DNA of 64,000 nucleotides, taken from assembly GCA_965202585.1 (NCBI GenBank), contig OZ241831.1:41602001-41666000 (forward strand), given 5' to 3'. Under the pieces are notes generated by a model. That model saw only the letters and a list, made by a program, of their open reading frames with translations. It was not told where the DNA came from and made no database searches. Positions 23,141-34,953 of this stretch are shown here, piece by piece. Source of the DNA: Thalia democratica. Lineage: Eukaryota. Within the stretch, counting starts at the first letter, position 1, and each line of letters starts with the position of its first letter. The position numbers and the translations under genes are program-made.

Positions 23141-26100
23141 ATTATTTTATCAATTTCACTGATGTCTTAAATTTTGAACGTTGCTGCCGAAAGGTTAGCA
23201 CCATTATTTTTTATATATAATTTTGATAAAAAATGTTAGAGTTTTTAAAATTACAACTATCAATAGCCTTATTAGAGAAATGTAGAAAATATTTTTTACT
23301 TTTGATACTTATAATAAATTAAGATTTAATTTATAAAGATATAATCAAAACAATGATAGTAAAAAGGCTTGTTTGTTATTTGAAATATGTAAGATAAAAA
23401 TATTACAAATTAAACTTTATATTTCAGGTTAGAACTTTTATATTTCAAATTGAAAATAAGTTTTAATGTTCTTAACAAAATTACGCATTGAAATTTTCAA
23501 CATTTTCACGTTTCTAAGACATGCTTTATTTTTTAATAAAGTTTTAAACTAATGGGAATTTACTTACAAACGAGAACTATAAAAGTAAGCATGCCAAAAA
23601 AAAAAACTTAAGCACGTGTACATATATTACTTAACCTGATAAGATAATAAATCCAATTGTACAAACAAAAACAAACTAAACTCGTATCTGTGCCAACGAA
23701 CAACTATGTCAAAAAGAAAATTAAAAGTGTTGTTTTATAATTAGAATTTTTTTTTGTATCTGACACTTAATGAAGCAAACTGTTTAATTCAACGTTGATA
23801 CTCTTTTTAGTACTTGTGTGCAGTTTTCTATATAGTTTTCTATACAATAAACAAATTTTTAGGTAGCAGGCATTTTGATTAATTTTGTTAAACGTTTGTA
23901 ATTCATTTAATTTGTTCTTAAAAATAAAAGAATATGGTTTAGTTTGTTAAATAAAACGACAAAAACCGATAAAACATTTAGTGTAGTTGAGAAACAAGTA
24001 GCTTATGTATAAAAACGATTTATGTGATTCAATCATGTAATTTAGTTTAGTTAACATAAGGCATATTTAAGTATAGACAGCTATATGTAACTATACTGAT
24101 TTTGTTTGAGTCAACTATCATAGACAAGTTCTCAATTAATGAAAAATAAAGATACTTCACATTTTTTTATACATGCGCAAGTACTTGGTAAAAACTTTAA
24201 ATAACTAAACAAAAAGCTTGCGAAACATAGGCTACTCCCACAACTGATTTCTGAATACAATCTAGTTTCGTTTAGTTTTCTTTTATCGCTCGTTTTATTT
24301 ATTTAATTATAAAGTTTTAAGTTTTAAACTTAAAACTTATCGGCTCGTTAACCATTGTAAAACCATGTGGTGTACGACTCGAAAACCGAAAAGTTCTTTC
24401 GAATACCAGGTCTTTAGAAGAAACTTTTTAATGCTTTTTTTGCGGTTCAACGAACAATAAAAAATTGAAAAGGGAAGGTTAAAAAAAAGCTACTAGACGA
24501 AGTGGTCTAACGTTTTCACGCGTTGTCAAACTCTTGTAATCAACATATTTTTCTCTATACTTAGCTAGACGCTCAAAAATGTAACGGCGACTTTTGCGAG
24601 ACTAAGTGTCTGTTTCCATTATATGATCATTAAAAACTTCACTTTCAGCTAAGTTTACTTATAGAATATGGTTTTATAAAAGCATGTCTTGGTAGTTAAT
24701 TATTTTGATTTAAGTAAAGTACTTGACAAATACAGGTATTTCTCATAAAACTATTCGCAGATTTTTGACAATTACGGACGACGCAAGTTGATTTTACGAG
24801 AAAAGCTATTGAAAACAGAAAAAAAGTCTAATAAAAGAGATGAGTACAAATTATATTGAAAATAAGAGGTATACTCATTTAGACATTTTGCAATAGCGTT
24901 ATGAACGCTTTTCAACAATCTATCTGGAGTATTTTAAAGTTATGTAATTTAACATAATCTAATGAACGTAAAGATAACTTATGAAAAATATAAAAATCAA
25001 CAAACGTGCGAAGATTTAAAACTGTAAACTTTGAAAAACCGTCTTTTTTTACGATCAAAGTTAAACACAATATTTTATTTAAACAAAGCGTCATGCGACT
25101 AAAATAAAGCAAATTTATAATTTAAACAAAAGAGTCGTTAATAATATAGCTTTGGTAGTTACAGCACAACACCTATGACAGAACTACTCTTATATATCTT
25201 ATACTACTTAAACAACGATTACTTGTCGAATTTTTTCATGATATTAAGGTACTTCATAAAGAGAAACATATTACAAAATAGAAGCAAATTGATTTAGTGA
25301 CATTTAATTTTATACTCGTTTAATCAAAACTAACATTTAAACGGTTAAATATGTAGTTGCTATCTTGCATAGTTGGTCATTTCATGCAGTTAGTTTTTGT
25401 ATATGAACTGAAGAAAGACCTAAATAAAAATATCAGAAGCGTTATCTTTTACAAAGCTTGAGCTTTATTTAATACGCAAGTGAAAACTTCCAACAAGAAA
25501 CAAAATCAAATACTAAAACTATTAAGAAAGGTTGATTTAGAAATACATTTATTTTAAGAAAACATCTGTTTAATGCTCATTCCGAAGTCAATACACTGCG
25601 AAGAACAGTCCTGGACAAAAAATTTATGTAACTGTGGCGTATTAGTTGATAACCGAAAGGTTTTTCGTACACCAGGTCCTTAGATCAAACTTTTATTGAG
25701 TGTTTCTATCGACGTTCAACAAACTGACTGTACATACGAACTAACTTCCAAGCATGTATAAAAATTTTGATATATATATGGCAAGTTTCCTTCAAGTTGC
25801 GTAAACAAGTCGAACATTTGTGTAATATATTTATTAAACGGTAATAAAAACTATGCAAGCTGTGTTAGTATAAGTGTCACTATATAATATTTCAAGAAAA
25901 TTGCAGCTATACTCTGATAAATCACTTATTCGGGTAAAAATAGTTTTTTCTCAAAAACTCGATTTCATTTTATCTTTACAAGAATTCTGGACATTATGAA
26001 AAAGTTGCTTTTAAATAATGGTGATGCTTTAAAAAATATATATACTTAAGTATATTATCCAATAATCTATTGTGTGTGTCTTAAGATATTTCTCTTGATA

Positions 26101-29100
26101 AAGATGCCCTCATAAATATCTTATTTTTAATACAACTTACATAGTACTTATACATTTGCAAATATGAACCACAAAATATGTCCTAACTTATCGTTTCCTA
26201 TCTTATGGGATCAATAAAAACTGCTACGGATAGAAATGAAGACATGTCTTCTTAAAATGAACAACATTGTACTTGTGGAAACTTTACTAAAATTAATAGT
26301 AACAATAATTTTGCTTTAAACGACTACTTTAAATCAATTAAATAAACTAATTATCAAACCCAGAATTATTAACTCTTAAACCTAAAAATTATATAACAAA
26401 CATTAAATTATAACTGACTGATAGTTTAATTTGCGATAAAACAAAAATATTTATATAAAAATTGAGATTCATTTCCGGTTGTTGCCCGTCCAGTTGCACA
26501 AACTGTTCTTCAGATCCAAGTTGCTTCCTTTAAAATTTATTTATAGTTATACTACTTAATACCATATAGACTATTATGTTTTTTTGTTTGTTTAAAACTC
26601 TATTTGGTTGAAAAAAGACTAATTAAATATTATTTAGTTTTTAAGCATATTTTTCGGTTTAGTATAAATTAAATGCAATTCCGTGCTATTAATAAATAAT
26701 ACAGGCACAACTGTTATTAGATACACAAAAAGTAGCAGACTAGCTTAAATTAATTTTTACAATAGTAATTTTTTAAAAACTTAAATAATGTCAAAGGAGT
26801 AAACTAAAACAAAAATATTTTGGAGACTTAAATTTAATACTAATAAATCACATAAAAAAAGCCAAAAATAATAAGGTTTTACTACTAATTACGTATTTAA
26901 AATACTTCATAAACATTAGTTTTACACTGAAAACGATAAGATACATATTAAATTAAATACTTTACCATTACTCAGAGACGATTATAAGTTTATTAATTCG
27001 GTAGACTAAAAATAATAATATTTTAGGTGTTAGGGATATAAATTATTTTGACTTATATTTCATATATATTTATGTTAATCGAAAATTGTTAATGAAAAAA
27101 CATTATACTGACGTGGAAACAAATACACCAGTGATTTAGCTCGATTAAAAGATGTAGTCCTTTTATCAATGTTTAAATAGATGTTTAATTAAAAACAAAG
27201 CATTGTCTTTGAAAAAATTTACAACCTACTAGAAATTAAATAAACATTAAAACACTATCTGAAAGCATGCTGTTTAAATAAAATGTTAAGTTAACATTAC
27301 AAAAAATACTACGTTAAACCACTATCAAAGCTGCTACAATTTTCACACAACTACTTGAAAAAGACTTACATCTTTAACTAAATAATAAATAAACCGGTAG
27401 AACTTTTTTAGTAGAGAAAGCTATAAACGAGTGTAAACAAAATTACTTCATTTAAAATCATTTAAAATGTATGTATATGCATTTAGTATTTAACATTAAT
27501 ATTCTAACAAAACTTAGTAAACTATTACTAAATTTAAATAAAAAATATTGACAAATACATTGCATTTTTATTGAAGTAGAAAACTTTTCTAAACACACTT
27601 ATCAACTACTGTTGTGTTTAACTAAGCTATAAATAGTATTAACATGTATTAAAGTTACTTATTGGTTACTTCATTATAAGTTTAAATAAAAATGTGAAAT
27701 AAATACTGTTTAAATAAAAATTTTTTGAAAATTAAATAGACAATACTTTTTAAGCATAAGTTAATAGAAAACAACTTAAGATGGTAAAAGGATATTACAA
27801 TAAAGTATATACATATGAAACTTTTAGAGTCAATAATAATAATAGATAAGGCTATGAAAACATTAGAAGTAAAATATAATCATCTGAACTTAAATAATTA
27901 CTTATGTAAAAGGAATAAAGCAAGTTATGTATTTAAAAACTAAAATTTCAGAACATGTTATAGTATACTTACGCAATTAAAAAAAGTATTTAAAGTAAAC
28001 TGAACAAAAATATTTAAACATTAAAAAAAAACAACTATAACAGTTTGTACAAGTTAGTATTGTAAACTATTAATAAAAAGAATATGTTATTATCTATACA
28101 TAGTAATACTTATTCATTTAACATAACTTTTTTCCTTTACATTAATTTGGTAAAAAAAGAAGTATTGCTATGTAAAAGTATACTAAAAATAAAAAATATT
28201 TTAAATTAATTACTAATAAATTTTAAAGTTATTTCTATACTTTCTTTTATTATTAAAATTATTAAAATTTTATTAAAGGCTGAAACTTTTTAAATATTGA
28301 CTCTCTAATAAGTCAAGTATGTTAATCAATAATTCTAACTACCTTTCTTAACTCCGCCAGTTGATAGTTTGTAGCGCTGATAGAGGTCACTTCGGCTTAC
28401 GTGTGTCATCAAAGCTCCGTGTCACTCAAACTTATTTCCTTCCACAACATGTTTACTTGACTGTAAAATAAATATATTATAATTCATACACATTTGATTA
28501 AAGTTTTATAAAAATTGAAATAACTGGTTAATAATCTAACTGTTTTAAAAAGTTAACTGATTGTTAAAGTTTGTGCGAGTTTAAAACTAAAAAAAACTTA
28601 CTTGGACACACAAACTTGCTAAACTTAAACCTTGAGACTTCCAGTCTCCACAGTGTGCTCAGTAGGGTTCATAAAAATTATTTTACTGTAAACAACTAAT
28701 CAAGTCAGATGAAAAATGTGTTTGTAATTAAAGCTGTTTTCTTTTGTGAATATTGGAAAAGTCCAGTTATAACATAAATTTTAAAAGTTCTTATTTTTAG
28801 ACATTCAAAAGATGACAAAACACTGTCTTTATAGTGAATTGTCCACAACTTTAGTTTTATTTATTTAGTTTGCACAGCTTCTGAAAGCATAAAGACCACT
28901 ATGACCTGCAAGCACAATAGAAGTAAACAGTTTTTAAATATACTAATAAAAAAAATAGCATATTAAGTAATGTGTTACATAAAATGATAAACTAGTATCA
29001 AAGTGTCATTATTGCTCCTTCTCTTTTTTACTAATAACAAGTTGCAATTTAATAAAACAAAACAAAGAGCATAGTTGCACAATTTAATTTTTTTTAATAA

Positions 29101-29291
29101 ACTTTAAAATGTATCAGATGTCAAATTATAGATGGCTACAATTCTTTTTTGTAAGATAATGAAAGTAAAGTTCTGACTTTTTAAAGCTACCTAGATAAGG
29201 TTATGAGTTTTTATGTTTAGTTTAAAATCTTCACCAACTCACTTTTAAATCTATATAAATTTTCTAAAGCTTTGATGTTATTGTTATACAC

Positions 29292-29543
29292 CAGGGTTTC
29301 CCAAACTTTTTTACTAATGGCCCCCTTCAACATATAGGTTACTCAAAAACTACGAAAAAATACACATATGAGCTTTTTTTTTGCTCTTCAACTGCAACTC
29401 CAGAATATCTAGTGTAAGTTTCAAGTTATAGCCTCATGGCCATGGCCCCCCTGTGGCTCCTTTACTGCTCATGGCCCCCCCTCTTCCCCCTTTGCTGCTC
29501 ATGGCCCCCTAGGGGGCCACTTTGCCAACTTTGGGAAACCCTG
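29292..29543. mobile_element. Complete 252-bp hAT MITE
   Basis: TIR CAGGGTTTCCCAAA at both ends; 8-bp TSD TTATACAC / TTATACAT. Confidence 0.88.
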
Positions 29544-31043
29544 TTATACATCATAAAAACTTAATGGATCAACTTAAAATTTAAATATAAGGATCTATTT
29601 GAAACAAATGTCTCCAAGTGCAGTAACCTCTTCAAAAATAAGGACCTGTTTTGCAACTAGAACTTTCCTTTAAAAAGAAGTGTAATCATGTAAAATAATT
29701 TTTGTTTCATAATAAACCTTGCTTCACAATCATATTTAGTATAAAATTGTAGGTTTGTTTATAAATTAATGTTTAAAAGTTTCACCACTATCAAGCTCCC
29801 ATTATGTGAATTCAAATTATTTAAAATTAAGTTTTTTTAATGTTGTTTAATCTATAATATCATTTGAACATAACATTAACATGGTTGTCACCTTTTAGAG
29901 CAAAAAAAGCTTGAAAAGACAGTCTGAGTAGGGATAAAATTTTATAAAAAAATTAATTATAACAGTAATAATAATCAAGCTCAAATACTAAAATAATATA
30001 AATAGGACTTGATAAAAGATTTGTTTAAGAAAGAATATGTTTAAATTCCTTATATTTAAGAAAAGTGTACAAACTATCTAAGTTTTGAAAAAAAAATGTA
30101 CAAGCTTAAGTTTACTTAGCTGGGTGGCAATTCTGCTTAAGACATTTGAACAAAAAGTTCAAAAGAGTATTTGATGTGTCACTCTTAAACTAAAACTTTG
30201 ACTAACCTAAATATAAATTTTTCCCTTAAAAGAAATCAATCTTAAGTAAAACATTAATGGGCAGTTGTATGAAAAGTAGTAAAAAATCAAGATTGTAGTC
30301 CTGACAGAGATAAAAAAAGGTAAAACTATGAAAATTTTTATATAAAATGAGAAAAATTAAAGGCAAAAGTGGAAGTAGTACTAACATGCATAATGAAACT
30401 TTACTAAGGTTGAGAAGCCATTGAAAAATCTTTATTTTAGTTCAAAAATTTTTTTAAATGAACTTCAAGAAAAAAAATAACAAACTGAAACTTTTGTAGA
30501 AATCTGTTTAAGTGTTAATAAATTTACATGTTTGTTAGTTAATTAAATTAATGCTAAGTTTAAAACTTAAATTGACAGAACTTTGACAACTATAAAAGTA
30601 TTAAAGTTGCACATATAATGGGACACTGGAATAGATATTTTTGAAGCAGGCTCAATTAATGTTTAAATTTTATTCATATTTAAAACTGTGCATTATTTTA
30701 AAATAAAGTTCAGTATACTATTTGACTAACTTAATTTAACAGTGTGGCCACTGGTTTATTGTAAATTTCTTCCAGATTTTTAGATATAATTTAATTGTTT
30801 ATTTTTACTATATAATTAAAACTATATTAAAAACAAATGTCTAAAACACTATAGTATCATTAAATAATACTATGGTTATAATTGTTTGTTTTTATTGATA
30901 AAGAATTTTATTTTTTAGAGAATTTTTATATCTCAACAAAATTTTACTACTTCACATGTAAAAGTAGTTCTAAATTCCAGGTTTTTTAGAGGTATTTGTT
31001 CAAAACTACAATTTTTTTCAAATTTCACTAACTACAGGTTATG

Positions 31044-31119
31044 CAGGGGTTTTTGTAAAATTTGTCTAAAAAGTCAAATTCCAGGTTTTTCAAGGACTCC
31101 AGATTTTTTTAGCACCCTG
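31044..31119. mobile_element. Tiny hAT-like MITE remnant (copy at 53509-53584)
   Basis: CAGGGG...CACCCTG termini with AATTCCAGGTTTTT repeats; no TSD match. Confidence 0.4.
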
Positions 31120-31268
31120 TTTTAATTATATTTTGTACCTTTAGTGATTTAGGTAACTATGATTGTATACAACATAATAGTAACTGTAACAAAATTTAGA
31201 ATAATGTCTTTTAGTATGATGTTAAATTTGGTACAAAAACTTGTAAATACAAAAGCAAATTTACATAC

Positions 31269-31369
31269 CTTGAAAGTTTGAAAAGGGAGTTATTCCTGTG
31301 GAGCTCTGGGTTTCATTTTGTTTAGGATGACTTTCATCATTGAAGATCAGGAGGACAGTGAATATAGTT
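31269..31369 (-). other. Candidate internal exon of an unannotated minus-strand transcript (copy at 53734-53834)
   Basis: Flanked by TTTTTAG and GTATGT. One open frame (TIFTVLLIFNDESHPKQNETQSSTGITPFSNFQ). A GTAAGT donor at 31487 defines a 118-bp intron upstream. Confidence 0.3.
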
Positions 31370-32224
31370 CTAAAAATTTATAACCTAAAATTAACATAGA
31401 ATAACAAAATTTTTAAATAAATTTGTAGAGAAGTTTATTCAATTTTACAGAATAATTTGATGTCATGGTTTAAATGTCACAACTTACTTGGTTTTAATTG
31501 AACATGCCTCTGTGCCAAGGTATAAACAATAAGAGACAACAATTGCTTTTTTTTCACTACAAATAATGAAACAACCATTTTAGAAGTGTTAATAAACATT
31601 TGAAAATTCGCTAAAAACTAGTACCAGAGAACAGTTTTACAATAAACACAAAAAAGGCATATTAATTTCTCGCTAACCTTTCAAGGCTTAAATAACTTAA
31701 AGTCAAAAATTGCAAAGCACAAAGTTATAAGCAATAAATTATCATTAAACCTAATAGTTTTTTTTTCAGAGCTTTATTTTTTAGCAACTGGATTTTCATA
31801 GTTATTGAGTAAGTAAATATATAATAGTTTGTAAGCTAAGAGCGCTTTGTTAATGATATAATATTTTATTTTGTTGTATAACATTAAATCTACTTTTAAA
31901 AAGACTAGTATTAAACAAAAGACAAGACCTGTTTAGGAAAAATATGAATTACAAAAGCTTTACTTTTATACTACTCAAGTTTAAAACCTAAACATTAATG
32001 TTTGTTATTCATACGTTTTTTTAAGTTAATATTTTTTAGTTATCGGCAATAAATAAGTAAGTTTCAGCTTAAAACATTAGTAAACAATGATTAAAAAAAT
32101 GTACTAAAATATTACAACTAGGCTTATAATTTTGTAGTTCGTAGCTATTTATTATATTATTATTATTAAAGCGTTAAAAAACCTTAAATTATAAGTCAAG
32201 GGACAGATATTTTACCACCAACCT

Positions 32225-32880
32225 AGATCAATGACAAGGATATCGCAAATGTGAAAAACTTTGGATACCTTAGCTTCAGACTCCCACCCGTTGATCAAAC
32301 TCATAGTTAGACACAGAAATAACTAGTCGCATAGGTAAGGCCTCAGGCACTTTCGCTTGTTTGTCTGCAAGAGTATGGGGTAACCAAAGTTAAGCATTCT
32401 TACAAAGTCTAACGTTTATTGTTCCTGTGTATGCAGTACTCTGCTATACGGTAGCGAAATAAGGATATTTACTAGCGTCCTGGAGAAGAAAAAACAATAC
32501 CTTTCATTAACAATGCCTTTGTCGCATCCTTAGAATTGCATGGAATCAAAAGATCACCAACGAGGAAGTGTTGAGACGTACTTGTGATACTACCATGTGG
32601 TTTACCCTCAGTCAGCGCAGGTTTCGCTGGGTCGTTCATGTTCTGAGGATGAGTGCTGAGCGAATCCCAAAGTTTGTCAATTGCACACGCTACAGAGGTC
32701 GTCCAACATTACGTTTTAACGACGTATGCAAGCGTGACCTAAAAAGCTGGAATATAAGAACTGGTGAATGGGAATCGTTTGCAAATGACCGTGCCAAATA
32801 AAGATCTACTGTTAACAAAAGTCTGAATGAAAGGAAAAAAGAACTTTAAGAAAACGAAAAAATGAAATGAGAAGCGCAAT
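32225..32880 (+). mobile_element. RTE-clade LINE, 5'-truncated and frameshifted 3' end
   Basis: Encodes EITSRIGKASGTF...RRFRWVVHVLRMSAERIPK...RGRPTLRFNDVCKRDLK..I....WESFANDR, the RTE RT C-terminal pattern. Confidence 0.8.
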
Positions 32881-34302
32881 GAATTTTATCAATTTGATTT
32901 TATTTATTTGTATTTTTATTTACTATTGACGCTTTTTTTAAATGTTTGTTGGATTCTTATAGTAATCTGTTATAGTTATGCTTAAGTTGGATCTTCTTGT
33001 CAGTTACATAGTTAGAATTTTTTCAAGGCAAGTAAATTTTAAAAATTAGACCTGCAAAAATTTAATATTCAGATATCCAACTATTACAGTTTATAAGTTA
33101 TGCTGAAGTCTAGCGCTGCGGTTGTTTACAAATCTGTTACTTTTTTATAGTCAATTAGCTTTTATTTTCAGCTTAAGAATTTGCACAAGTTGTTCTATAA
33201 CTTGCACAGGCCTACTTAGATAACCAAACTTATACAGAAGTTAGGCGAACTTGAACATTTTTCTTTTATTTCTAATCTTCGTATACCATAAAAAGTAACT
33301 GAAATTTTAAAGAAAGTTTACTAGAAGAGATTTGATCTCATTTTTTTAATTTAAATTTCAAAGGTTTAAAAAAAGTTTGTTGGTTCCCAGCAAAATTTAC
33401 TGCTCTAAAGTTGAACTGTCTCTCAAAATAAACTGAAAATGTGCCAATTATGTAGTCAACAATACTACCTAAAACTTAAAACTTTTTGAATTATGCCGCT
33501 TTTATAACAAGTTTTTACAAAAAATGAATGTTAATTACAACTGATACTTAAAAAACTTCAACTTCAGCAAAACAAACTTATTTGTATTAAGTTTTTTGAA
33601 ACTTTACCTGAACATTGTACTAAAAATATTCTTTTAATTATCGAACGTTGGCTAAAAATTAATTTTAAAGGTAAAATACGTTTATACAATTAATTTTAGA
33701 AATAAAAATTCTATAAAACCAAAAACTAATAAACTTAATTAAGATATCAGCCTTTGTTTTATCTTTTTATAGTGAGTCTTTAATTACAACTTATTAAAAG
33801 CATAATAGAACAACAAATACATTGTTACATTAGCGGTTATTATACACAATGGAAGTTAAAAGTGAAAACAGATATGTTAAGTTACTAACTATTTGATTAA
33901 AGTAAACGTTTTCCGTATTCGTAAATTAAATCTTTGTTTTTGTTGCATAAATTATTTTATTATTCATGAAAGTCACAAGCTAAACTTTAAAAATATGATG
34001 ATTGACCTAAGAAACTATTTGATATTTTTCTAATTAAGTTAATATTATTCAAGATATTGGTAAACTTCGGCCTATGGTAAAAACGTAGAAAGCAAACTAA
34101 AAACTGCTGCAGGTACTTTTAAGCTTAAACTGTACTTGTTTGAAACAATTTAGAAAAAGTTAAAACCCAAAACTTATTGATAGTTATTACTCAACTATTG
34201 TTTTTTGTTTAAATACCATTTATTTAGAATTTAGATAGTTATATTTATTATGATTAAAATATTATTGAAACAACTGCAGTCCCGCAAGACTTATTTTTAT
34301 AC

Positions 34303-34953
34303 TAGGGGTACGCAACGTTTTTCTATATACGGGCCGGATCCGGAAAAAATTATTCTTTAGCGGGCCGGAGCATTTTGAGTTAGTGATTTACCGGATCCAG
34401 CCGAATAATGAGTTTTTAGATTTGAATCCGACTAGATACTTATTTTAAGTCGAGATACGGATCTGGTCGGATTCTTATGTAAATAAAAGTTTCGGATCCG
34501 GCCATAATTTAATTTTATGGATACAGTTGATCACTTTTTTACATCCTTCAAATTGAAAAAACTTTCTCAAGTCTGACAACTTAAGATGTAGATTGAGACA
34601 TGTCAGAATTTTAAATAATGTCTATAAGTAGAATTGACATTGTAATTGACAAAGGTACGTATGTAAAAAAAAAAACACTTTGCTTGGGATATTTCACTAA
34701 AAGATATTCTAACTAATTTAGAGCAACACAAAATATTAGGACAAAATAGTGTGTTTATTAGTACACATTATTTTATAAAGTAGTTTTTTATCATATTTTT
34801 TTAGTCAAATTCTTACAGTGATTTGTAAAAATATGATACAAAGTTTTATACAAGTTTTGTAATATTGACCCTTTGCAGGCCTGTAAATTTTCTAGCGGGC
34901 CAGTAATTTTCATTTGCGGGCCGGATCCGGCCCGAGGGCCGTACGTTAGCCAC
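34303..34953. mobile_element. Copy of the 12216 hAT element with its right end and TSD deleted
   Basis: After CGTTAGCCAC the sequence jumps to TTTTTAAGG; CCCTA and the TSD are missing. Same state at 56768-57418. Confidence 0.8.

Larger units (their letters stand above)
10848..32925. repeat. Tandem segmental duplication unit 1 (22078 bp)
   Basis: Homology starts at TTGACGCTTTTTT, present at 10848, 32926 and 55391, and continues colinearly. Confidence 0.93.

Noticed and set aside
24400-24420. GAATACCAGGT match to the 5S rRNA 3' region or a tRNA B-box
   Set aside because: Only 11 nt match; box A/C and a cloverleaf are absent.
24720-25160. Stop-riddled frame that might be a transposase
   Set aside because: No diagnostic DDE or hAT motif is recognisable by eye.
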